Position numbers and translations under genes: made by a program. Under the pieces are notes generated by a model, which made no database searches, was not told the origin of the DNA, and saw only the letters and a program-made list of their open reading frames with translations. Shown piece by piece: positions 35,017 through 42,847 of a DNA stretch of 42,847 bases. The first letter of the stretch is position 1. Every line of letters begins with the position of its first letter. Origin of the DNA: Candidatus Niyogibacteria bacterium RIFCSPLOWO2_12_FULL_41_13 (GTDB lineage: Bacteria; Patescibacteriota; Minisyncoccia; 2-12-FULL-41-13); contig MHMS01000022.1 in assembly GCA_001821615.1 (NCBI GenBank), positions 1 to 42,847 of the forward strand, written 5' to 3'.

Positions 35017-37248
35017 TTAAAGCAGATTATTCACGCTTTCAACGAATTTATCAACTTCCGGCTTTAGTTCCGGCTTTAGTTTTTGCGCTTCTTTGGCGTA
35101 AAAAATCGCCTTGTCTTTGTTTTTTAATTGAGCTTCGGTTTCAGCCGAAAACAACAAAGAATTTATTTGAGTTTCTTTGTCTTTGATTTGAATTGATTCC
35201 CGCAGAGCGATTCTTAAAAACTTTTCCGCTTCTTTCAAATTTCCCTGCTTCAAGCTCTGTCTGCCCCATTTTAAAAATTCCTGGGCCGAGGGCCAAACTC
35301 CAAGCCCGGCGCTCTCTCTGATAACCTGCCAGCTGTTTTCGTATTCGCCGGCCAAAACATAAAAAGTGACAAGAGGGTCGTATAACTGCGGCGAAACGGA
35401 TAAAAATTCAGAAATTTTCTTTCCGGCTTCGCGAGCTTTTCCAATATCCTTTTTTAAAAGATACAGTTCGGCGAGAGCAAGGCGGCTTTGGACATAATTC
35501 GGCCCTATTTCAATCGCCTTTTTGTACGCTGATTCGGATTCATCATAGCCGTTTCCCGCTATCATCGCCCGAATAGCCAAAAGCTTGCCGTAAAAAATCA
35601 GGGGCCTAATGTTTAAAGGGTCGCGCTCGGTTTCTTTTTTCATTTCCAAAATAGAACGGTCAAGCAAAACGCTGAAATATCCTTTATTCAAAACATTGCC
35701 CGAAGCAGAAAGCTGAATCAAAAAATTGCCCAACTGCTCTCTTACTTCGGTCAATCCGAAAGAATTAATATCAAGGGCTTGCTCAAAATTATTGGTTATA
35801 ATTTCCGGAGTCTGTCTCTGGCCCGCGCTTTTTAAAGAAGCAATAATCTTTGATGATTGTTTGAGCGGTTTTAAATTTAAATAAAAAACCAGAAAAATTG
35901 ACATTCCAATCGCTCCAAAAATCAAAACGTATTTAAACGATTCCGGCAGATAAAATTTTATTTCTTGAGCGCGTTCTTTAGCGGTGTAAAAATACAAAAA
36001 TCCAAAAAGCGAGGCTACCAAAAAATAGGTCGCCAAAGAATCAAAAACAAAAAATCCCTGAACAAAATAAGCGGCGAAAAATCCAAAAGCAAGGATAATT
36101 TGGTTATTGTTTAAAATCTTTTCCCGGCGAATTTTCAAGAGCAACAAACCAACGCTAAAAAGAATAAATAAATAAGCAAGAAAGCCCAAAGCCCCCGCCT
36201 CCGCGAGCCACTGCAAAGGAGTATTATGAGTCCTGTCAAACCACGGCTCGTTGCCGTAAAGCCGAGGATTATAATTGCGGGCGAAAGCGTCAATAAAATT
36301 GTCCTGACCCCAGCCGAAAACCGGCTTTTGGGTCCATGATTTAAGAGCCATTTTCCAAATCATAAATCTTGCCTGAACCGTCTGCTCAAAAATTGAAATT
36401 GAAGCGAAGCGATTCAACAGCGGCCTGGATTTTATAAAATCGCTTCCTTGAAAAAAAATCAAAAGAAGAGGAATCAGCAAGGCGGTTAAAAAAATTCCGG
36501 CAAAAATAAACTTTTTTCGCGGCTTTTCCGCCTCAAAAAATTTTAAAAAGAGAATCAAACCAAGGCCGGCTAAAAATCCGAGCATCGCTCCTCTTGTTTC
36601 GGTAAAAAAGAAAATCGGCAATTCAAAAAGAAAAATCGCGCCGTAGGCGATTTTTATTTTCTTGCTTGCGGTTTGTAAATAATAAAAAGCTAAAATAAAA
36701 AAATGAATAAGCAGATAACTCGCCAAATAAATGGGGTTTCCGACAGTTGAAAAAACCCTGCTGTCCGAAGAACCCTGAATCCAGCCGAATTTCTCAAAAT
36801 AACCGTATCCCGCGACAATCAAGCTTACAAAAATTGAAATGTGAAAAAATATGAACCAGTCGCGCGATGTCCTAAAAACCGAAATAAGCATCAAGAAATA
36901 AGCGAGGAGATGCAAATGAAGATTCAATCCTTCCATTCTTTCATAATTAGACCAAAAACTTTTATAAGGATTGGCGCCGAAAATATCGGCTAAAAACAAA
37001 GCAAAAACGAAAATTAAAATCGCGTAAAGCAGGATATTTTTCCGGGGAAGATATTTTGCCGGATTTAAAATCAAAAGTCCCAACCAAAAACCGAATAAAA
37101 TTTCAATCAGAATTCTGAAAAAAAATCCCTTGCCGGTAATGTAAGGGAAAAACATTGAACTGGAAATTATCAAAACCAAAAAAGGCGTTAAAAATAATCC
37201 GCCTTTTACGAGCCAATCAAATGCCGCGATTAAACCTGAATTTCGCAT
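35017..37248 (-). CDS. O-antigen ligase-like (Wzy_C) membrane protein with TPR-like C-terminus
   Basis: SFWSNYERMEG, STVGNPIYLA, TETRGA, RFMIWKMA...FGWG, FDRTHN. Confidence 0.88.
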   Translation of the reverse strand: MRNSGLIAAFDWLVKGGLFLTPFLVLIISSSMFFPYITGKGFFFRILIEILFGFWLGLLILNPAKYLPRKNILLYAILIFVFALFLADIFGANPYKSFWSNYERMEGLNLHLHLLAYFLMLISVFRTSRDWFIFFHISIFVSLIVAGYGYFEKFGWIQGSSDSRVFSTVGNPIYLASYLLIHFFILAFYYLQTASKKIKIAYGAIFLFELPIFFFTETRGAMLGFLAGLGLILFLKFFEAEKPRKKFIFAGIFLTALLIPLLLIFFQGSDFIKSRPLLNRFASISIFEQTVQARFMIWKMALKSWTQKPVFGWGQDNFIDAFARNYNPRLYGNEPWFDRTHNTPLQWLAEAGALGFLAYLFILFSVGLLLLKIRREKILNNNQIILAFGFFAAYFVQGFFVFDSLATYFLVASLFGFLYFYTAKERAQEIKFYLPESFKYVLIFGAIGMSIFLVFYLNLKPLKQSSKIIASLKSAGQRQTPEIITNNFEQALDINSFGLTEVREQLGNFLIQLSASGNVLNKGYFSVLLDRSILEMKKETERDPLNIRPLIFYGKLLAIRAMIAGNGYDESESAYKKAIEIGPNYVQSRLALAELYLLKKDIGKAREAGKKISEFLSVSPQLYDPLVTFYVLAGEYENSWQVIRESAGLGVWPSAQEFLKWGRQSLKQGNLKEAEKFLRIALRESIQIKDKETQINSLLFSAETEAQLKNKDKAIFYAKEAQKLKPELKPEVDKFVESVNNLL

Positions 37249-37268
37249 TTAAAAATAATAACAAAACG

Positions 37269-38528
37269 CTACAAATAATCCAGAGGATTTAAATAACCTC
37301 CAAGAGGGAGGAACTTGCACCGGCCGCTTGAAGATTCTCCGAATCTTATCGTCCTTGAATCATAAACCGTGAAATGCAAATGCGGGCCGGTGGCGTATCC
37401 GGTCTTGCCGGAATAACCGATAAATCGCCCCCTTAAAACCCGCTCGCCTTTATTAACTTTAATCAAAGAGAGATGGGCGTAAAGAGTCGCCAAATTATTC
37501 TCGTGTTTTATCAATATCCATTTGCCGTATGAACCGCCCGGACAACTCAAATCGGTATTTCCCGTTTCCAAAACTATTCCGTCCTCGGCGCTAAAAACTT
37601 CCGTACCCATTGAAGCGCGAAAATCAACGCCGTTATGAACGCTCTTAAAATAAGCGCCGCTTGATTGCGAAAAAGAAGTCAAACCGAATCCCTGGGTAAC
37701 GGCGACGCTCGCCACGGGATAACCAAGCACGCCCGGGCGCGATTTTGGCAAAGAAGCCGGGTCAATCAATTTCCTGAGCTCTTCTTCAACCGCATCCACT
37801 TCGGCCAATATTTCCTGTTTTTCCTTTTCTTTTTCCGAGAGCAATTTTTGATATTCTTTTTCTTTGTTTTTTGTGATTTTCAAAACAATCTCTTTGTCTT
37901 TTTTGGCGTCCCCTTGGATTATTTTCTTGTCGCTCAATTTGTTTTGATGATTCACCAATTCTTCTTTTTGCCTGGATTTTTCCATTTCTTCTTTTTCCAG
38001 ATTATCCTTGGCTTGCTTCAATTCAACAACCATCAGCCGCATTTTCTCCTGCAAATTTTTTATTTCTTCCAGGCCGTCAAAAAAATCGGAAACAGATTCT
38101 CGGCCCAAAAGAATCTCAACGCTGGAAAAAGAATCCAAATCGTAAATCTCCCTTAAAAATTCCTTCATTATTTCATTCTTTTTTTCAATTTCTCCGCGCG
38201 TTTTTTCTATTTCAATCTCCAACCGTTCCAAAATGAGCAAGGCGGCTTCTATTTGTCCCCGAGTCAAATCAATGTCTTTATTAAGCTTTTTGATTATCAA
38301 ATTAAGGCGGCTGATTTCTCCGCTTAGCGTTTTTGATTCTTTTCCCTTTTTCTCTATCTCGTCCTGATACCTTAAAATTTCTTCCTGTATTGATTTTATT
38401 TTTTGATTTTTCTCTTCTATCGTCTTTTTCAATTCTTCAATTTTTTCAAAATCGGCAAAAACATTTTTCTGGAAAAATGACAGCGATAAAAACGAAAAAA
38501 TAAAAATAATTAAAATTATTCTCCGCAT
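37269..38528 (-). CDS. M23 peptidase with long coiled coil (EnvC/MepM-like)
   Basis: Signal peptide, coiled coil, HNGVD, YAHLS, TGPHLHF, NPLDYL; ATG 38528 preferred. Confidence 0.92.
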   Translation of the reverse strand: MRRIILIIFIFSFLSLSFFQKNVFADFEKIEELKKTIEEKNQKIKSIQEEILRYQDEIEKKGKESKTLSGEISRLNLIIKKLNKDIDLTRGQIEAALLILERLEIEIEKTRGEIEKKNEIMKEFLREIYDLDSFSSVEILLGRESVSDFFDGLEEIKNLQEKMRLMVVELKQAKDNLEKEEMEKSRQKEELVNHQNKLSDKKIIQGDAKKDKEIVLKITKNKEKEYQKLLSEKEKEKQEILAEVDAVEEELRKLIDPASLPKSRPGVLGYPVASVAVTQGFGLTSFSQSSGAYFKSVHNGVDFRASMGTEVFSAEDGIVLETGNTDLSCPGGSYGKWILIKHENNLATLYAHLSLIKVNKGERVLRGRFIGYSGKTGYATGPHLHFTVYDSRTIRFGESSSGRCKFLPLGGYLNPLDYL

Positions 38529-39622
38529 TTTTGCCAATTAACGATTATTTCTTGATAGTAATCCTGATGTTTCCCCAAAAATTCCCCCAAATTTTTTCGG
38601 GCGTTGTCAACTATTTTTTTTCTCAATTCTTCTTCGTTTAAAATTCTATCAAGGGCATTGACAAAACCACCCAAATCCCCCGGCTGAACCATCAAGGCGC
38701 TTTCGTTATTCTTTATGATTTCTCCGGCGATTCCGACATCGCTCATCGCGATTGGAAGGCCGAAATAAATCGCCTCAATCAAGCTCATTCCAAATCCTTC
38801 ATACCAGGAGGTCAGAAGAAAAGCATGAGCGCTAAGATAATAAGGAACGAGATTTTTTTGATAACCCTCAAATCTTATTTTAGCTTTTAGCTTGTGGCTT
38901 GCGGCTTGTAGTTCAAGATTTTTCCTTTCCGGGCCGTCTCCGATGATAACCAACCCTGCGTCGGGATTGGTTTTTGAAACTTCGGCGAACGCTTTTATCG
39001 CGAGAGCGATGTTCTTTTCTTTCGCAAGCCGACTTACCATTAAAATCGTTTTTTTAAAACCAAAATCTTTTCGCGAAAAAGACATTCGCGCAAAAGAAAT
39101 GGCGCGCGGATAGCGAATCGTCGGCAAAATGGGGATGAGCGCGATTTTTGAAGAAGAAATTTTCCATTCTTCAATTAAAAATTTTTGAATTCTTTCACTC
39201 ACCACTCTGACGCAAGAAGCTTTTTTGAGCAGAAATTTCGCGAAAAAATACCGAAGCTTGTTTTTAAAAGAATGCTTCCAAAAATAAGGGCTTCCGATAT
39301 CCGTATGAATTTGAGCTTCAAACGGTTTGCCGAGCAAAAAAGCGATTAGGCAATGCTCTATGTCCTGGCAAGCGATTAAATCAACTTTTTCCGTTTTTAA
39401 AATTTTTTGCGCGAGCGATAAAGCCCGAAAAAATCTCAAAAATCCTCCAAAAACAGGAATAATTAAAATTTTATCCGCTCCGGCGGGTAAGGCAGGCAAA
39501 CGATTTGCGATAACTATAACAATCAATTTTTCAACAAGTTCGCCGTACTTTTCTATCCTTTTTCTGACGAAAGAGTCCTTGTCCAAAACCAAAGGGTCGG
39601 AACTTAACATTAAAATTTTCAT
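38516..39622 (-). CDS. Glycosyltransferase family 4
   Basis: VSRLAKEKNI, IGDGPER, TSWYEGFGMSLIEA. Confidence 0.92.
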   Translation of the reverse strand: MKILMLSSDPLVLDKDSFVRKRIEKYGELVEKLIVIVIANRLPALPAGADKILIIPVFGGFLRFFRALSLAQKILKTEKVDLIACQDIEHCLIAFLLGKPFEAQIHTDIGSPYFWKHSFKNKLRYFFAKFLLKKASCVRVVSERIQKFLIEEWKISSSKIALIPILPTIRYPRAISFARMSFSRKDFGFKKTILMVSRLAKEKNIALAIKAFAEVSKTNPDAGLVIIGDGPERKNLELQAASHKLKAKIRFEGYQKNLVPYYLSAHAFLLTSWYEGFGMSLIEAIYFGLPIAMSDVGIAGEIIKNNESALMVQPGDLGGFVNALDRILNEEELRKKIVDNARKNLGEFLGKHQDYYQEIIVNWQKCGE

Positions 39623-40623
39623 AATTTTTTATAGATATTCAAAAACTCATCGGCGATATCGCTCCAAGAATGAGTAAAGTTGAAATCAGCGACTTTTTCT
39701 TTATATTCATTGTAATTTTCTTCATTGGCTAAAAATAAAATTTTGCTTTTTATGTCCGCCTCGTCAAAAGGGTCAATAAAAACTCCGATGTTTTTTAGTT
39801 TTTCAACCAAGCCGCAATTTTTCGTCAAAATAAAAGGCTTGTTGGCGCTCAATCCTTCCATTATAAAATTGGGAGCGAAATCGCCGATTGAAGGAACAAT
39901 CAAAGCGTAAGAATGGCTTATTTTTTGCTTTAATTCATCTTGAGAAAGATTATCAATGATTTCAAGGACAATGCTCTCGCCTTGTTTTTTAAACTCGTCA
40001 AAAATCTCTTTAATAAGGTTTATATTTTTAAATTTTATTTTCCGGCCGGCAAACAAAAAGTTTTTTTCTCTTGGTTCATAGCTTTCGGTTTTTTCACCGT
40101 AAAAATTTTCAACAACAAAAGTCTTTTTGGGATTCAACCCGTAAACTTTCTCAAAAAAATCTTTCTGCCATAGGCTGTTAAAAACGATTGCCGAGGAATT
40201 GAGAAGGGTGAATTCTTGAAAAGAAAAAATAATTTTATGTTTTAACGGCAAAGCCGGCATTTTTTCATAGAAGTCCTTAAGAGTTATCATCTTTCCGGTT
40301 TTTTCAACATAGGTTTCCCACAAAAAATCTCCGCCAACCCGAAGAATTATTTTTTTGTTAAAAATTTTAGCCGCCAATACCGCGGGAAAACCGGTAGAAA
40401 ACACATCAAGAGCGATTATAAAATCTGTTTTAGGAAGACTCATAATAACTCTTAAAAAATAAAAGATGTGGCGGATAACCGGCGGGAGTTTTTTCTCTAA
40501 CTTATAAGCCAGAACTTTTATTTCAAAGCTACGGCTTTGAAACTCTTTATGCAGATTTTCCGCGTATTTTGCCGGACCGCCTACATCCGGCGGAAAAATC
40601 CCAGTGGCAATCAAAATTTTCAT
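39619..40623 (-). CDS. Glycosyltransferase family 4
   Basis: MKILIATGIFPPDVGGPA, FAGRKIKFKN, PSIGDFAPNFIMEG. Confidence 0.88.
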   Translation of the reverse strand: MKILIATGIFPPDVGGPAKYAENLHKEFQSRSFEIKVLAYKLEKKLPPVIRHIFYFLRVIMSLPKTDFIIALDVFSTGFPAVLAAKIFNKKIILRVGGDFLWETYVEKTGKMITLKDFYEKMPALPLKHKIIFSFQEFTLLNSSAIVFNSLWQKDFFEKVYGLNPKKTFVVENFYGEKTESYEPREKNFLFAGRKIKFKNINLIKEIFDEFKKQGESIVLEIIDNLSQDELKQKISHSYALIVPSIGDFAPNFIMEGLSANKPFILTKNCGLVEKLKNIGVFIDPFDEADIKSKILFLANEENYNEYKEKVADFNFTHSWSDIADEFLNIYKKL

Positions 40624-40625
40624 AA

Positions 40626-40904
40626 CTATTCCAATATTCTTAAGAATTTGAGAATAGATTGGCCCCGTTCGGTCAATTTATGACGGACATTGTTGCCTTC
40701 CGATCTTTTAATCAGCAAACCGGAAATTGCCAATCTCCTTAAATGTTCGGAAGCGGTTTTGAAATTTATATTTAAAACATCGGATATCTCTTCAACCGAA
40801 AGCTCTGGTCTTTGTTTCAGCAATTCCATTATTTCAATTCTTCGGTGATTGGCAAATCCCTTTACAATTCTTTCAAGTTGTCTATTTGTTTTATTTTCCG
40901 CCAT
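40626..40904 (-). CDS. ArsR/SmtB-type winged-helix protein
   Basis: KGFANHRRIEIMELL, LSVEEIS, SEHLRRLAISGLL. Confidence 0.88.
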   Translation of the reverse strand: MAENKTNRQLERIVKGFANHRRIEIMELLKQRPELSVEEISDVLNINFKTASEHLRRLAISGLLIKRSEGNNVRHKLTERGQSILKFLRILE

Positions 40905-40946
40905 ATTTATTCCGATGAATAATTGTTTTAATTTATCTTATTTTGA

Positions 40947-41000
40947 ATTATAGCGCATCATTTTAACTATTCCAATATTCTTAAGAATATTGGAATAGTT
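40947..41000 (-). promoter_or_regulatory. Promoter with overlapping perfect 36-bp palindrome (putative operator)
   Basis: Minus-strand TTGGAA (40975-70)-17 nt-TATAAT (40952-47); palindrome AACTATTCCAATATTCTT|AAGAATATTGGAATAGTT at 40965-41000. Confidence 0.75.
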
Positions 41001-41056
41001 TATATTTAATTTCAAAACATTTTTTAAAATATAATTTTGTTTTCCAACAAATCGTT

Positions 41057-41638
41057 CTAATCTAAACCCAAATCGTCTTTTAATGTATATTCTCCAATCT
41101 TTCTTATTTCGTCTATCAAATGATTCTTTAATCTTTTATTTTGCCGCCAATTTTTGATTTGGTGGTTCGGGGTTTCAACTAACTGTAAAATATATTTTGT
41201 TTGTTTAGATAAATTCTTACCAAGAGTCATAATGGCCCGCCGGCCGTGAAATACCTTGTGAATAACTATTATTTTGAGAGGAATTTTTTTAAAATGCGAT
41301 AAAATAATTTTTTTTGAAAAAACAACATTCTCTTTCATATTGCTAGAAAATTTCTCTATCAAAATTCTTTCTTTGGGGACGCCTAATTTTATTAAGCGTT
41401 GTAAATGCCATTCAGCCTCGGTAATATCTTTAAAAATTTTATCATAGGTTTTGGGAGATCGGGCTTTCCCGCCGGCAATTAAAATATATTCGCAGTGTCT
41501 TTTCTTAAATAGTTTTGCCGCTATATTGGAAAGTTCCGGCCTTGGAAATCTAAAACAAAAACATAAATCAGCTTTTTCTATTTTATCACTTTTAATTATA
41601 AGAAAATCTTCAATGGCTTTTATTGTTGATTTATTCAT
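41057..41638 (-). CDS. YdcF/DUF218 family protein
   Basis: ILIAGG, TEAE, LGVPKERILIE.FSSNMKENV, FHGRRA. Confidence 0.85.
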   Translation of the reverse strand: MNKSTIKAIEDFLIIKSDKIEKADLCFCFRFPRPELSNIAAKLFKKRHCEYILIAGGKARSPKTYDKIFKDITEAEWHLQRLIKLGVPKERILIEKFSSNMKENVVFSKKIILSHFKKIPLKIIVIHKVFHGRRAIMTLGKNLSKQTKYILQLVETPNHQIKNWRQNKRLKNHLIDEIRKIGEYTLKDDLGLD

Positions 41639-42795
41639 AAACTTTCTACTTTCTCAAAAATGTTTTTCATTTGCGTTGAAATTTTATCCCAGGAATATTT
41701 TTCTTCAACTAATTTAAGCCCGTTTTGAATTATTTGTTCCCGCAATTCTTTGTTTTCCAACAGTTCTTTTGTCTTTGCCGCCAAATTTTCCGGGTTGTCA
41801 ATTTCGCAAAACAAACCGGTTTTGCGGTCTTTTAAAAAATCAGGAATGCCGCCAACATTTGTGCCAATTATCGGCAAACCGCAAGCCATTGCTTCAATAA
41901 AAGCGCTTCCTAATCCTTCAGAACGCGACGGCCTTACAAAGACATCGGAAATAAAAAGATATTGATAGACGTCTTCCGGCGGCACTGCGCCCAAAAATAT
42001 TACCGAATCTTTTAATCCCGAGTCTTCGGCTTGTTTTTTTAAGTTTTGTTTTAAACAACCATCTCCGATTATTAAAAATTTTATACTATTTAAAGCGTAT
42101 TTTTGGTGAAGGATTTTTAACGCCGAAATAGTCGCATCAACCGCGTTTTTCTCAACCAATCTTGAAACTGTAATTATAATTTTTTCGTCTTCTTTTATAT
42201 TTAATTCATTTTTTAACCTTGACTTGTAATTTTGAATTTTGAATTTTGAATTTTGAATTTTCTTTAAGTCCGCTCCGTTCGGCGCGATTTCAATAATTTC
42301 CGGCCTTGCTCCGGCTCTAATCGCTTCTTCTTTCAAATAATTGCTGATGGCTTGGATATAATCGGCGCTTTTGACGATTTTTTTTAAAAATAATCCCGCT
42401 AAACCGAATTTTTTATCAGGCGAGTAATCGCCTTCTTGTAGAGTTAATAAAAAAGGAACTTTTTGATAAAATTTTTTGGTCAACCACGCGGCGATTCCGC
42501 CGTAAGAAGCCATTATCGCCCAGATTAAATTAAAGTTGTTGGCTTTTAGGAATGACTTAGCTTTTAGGAATCCAAAAATTGGAAGCAGGTATTTATCAAA
42601 AGAAAAGCCGAATCCCACCCGATAAACTTCAACATTGCCGATTTTCTCGCTTTTAGGCAATTGGCGGTTCATTCGGCTAGTGATGAGAAAAAATCTGTAT
42701 TCCGGCAGGCGGTCGGTAATTTCTTTAACTGCCAATTCCGCTCCGCCAATGAGCGGCAGGTAGGCTGTTGAAAAAATCAACACATTTTTTGCCAT
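41635..42795 (-). CDS. Glycosyltransferase family 4
   Basis: YLPLIGGAE, VSRLVEKN, PSRSEGLGSAFIEAMACG, VGGIPD. Confidence 0.93.
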   Translation of the reverse strand: MAKNVLIFSTAYLPLIGGAELAVKEITDRLPEYRFFLITSRMNRQLPKSEKIGNVEVYRVGFGFSFDKYLLPIFGFLKAKSFLKANNFNLIWAIMASYGGIAAWLTKKFYQKVPFLLTLQEGDYSPDKKFGLAGLFLKKIVKSADYIQAISNYLKEEAIRAGARPEIIEIAPNGADLKKIQNSKFKIQNYKSRLKNELNIKEDEKIIITVSRLVEKNAVDATISALKILHQKYALNSIKFLIIGDGCLKQNLKKQAEDSGLKDSVIFLGAVPPEDVYQYLFISDVFVRPSRSEGLGSAFIEAMACGLPIIGTNVGGIPDFLKDRKTGLFCEIDNPENLAAKTKELLENKELREQIIQNGLKLVEEKYSWDKISTQMKNIFEKVESL

Positions 42796-42847
42796 AATCT
42801 TAAAACATAGCGTAAAATCAAGTAGTTTTCAATTTTTTAGAAATTTT

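Larger units (their letters stand above)
32708..35020. mobile_element. Integrase-less island at comM 3' end bounded by 26-bp direct repeats
   Basis: ATCGGCCAAAACAAAGTTTGATTTAA identical at 32708-32733 and 34995-35020; diverged third copy at 33758-33783. Confidence 0.8.

Overview
Compact, AT-rich bacterial chromosome segment whose gene content points to Patescibacteria/CPR, probably Parcubacteria (inference from: pilM-N-O without pilQ, T4SS_pilin/VirB4/PrgI/VirB6-like cluster, bifunctional PGI/PMI, short PheT, archease-RtcB, few Shine-Dalgarno sites). In order: uvrC (5'-truncated), pilMNO-like operon, tRNA-His, HD and PfpI proteins, TrmH-family methylase, rtcB+archease, pgi/pmi, glutaredoxin, a ~13 kb minus-strand T4SS-like/surface-protein operon, tpiA-pgk-DHH-rnhA, a tRNA-like element, D-aminoacylase, pheS-pheT, dksA/traR, comM(yifB), a 2.3 kb island, then O-antigen-ligase-like, M23 peptidase and GT4 genes. 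The most interesting signals are mostly non-coding. (1) An integrase-less island at the comM 3' end, bounded by 26-bp direct repeats and split by a third, diverged comM tail into two promoter-gene-terminator cassettes; one cassette encodes a probable diversity-generating-retroelement (DGR) target, with no RT or template repeat in the window. (2) Two ~143-bp MITE-like elements inserted exactly at start codons with a TATG duplication. (3) A ~355-nt branched palindromic element upstream of comM. (4) A CCA-ended tRNA mimic lacking a normal anticodon arm. (5) An ArsR gene whose last codons duplicate its own upstream palindrome. (6) Heptamer tracts and palindromes, many in-frame in proteins, with inverted tracts flanking a four-helix-bundle gene. 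No CRISPR array, rRNA, integrase, transposase or reverse transcriptase was seen. All family calls are by eye, not database searches.
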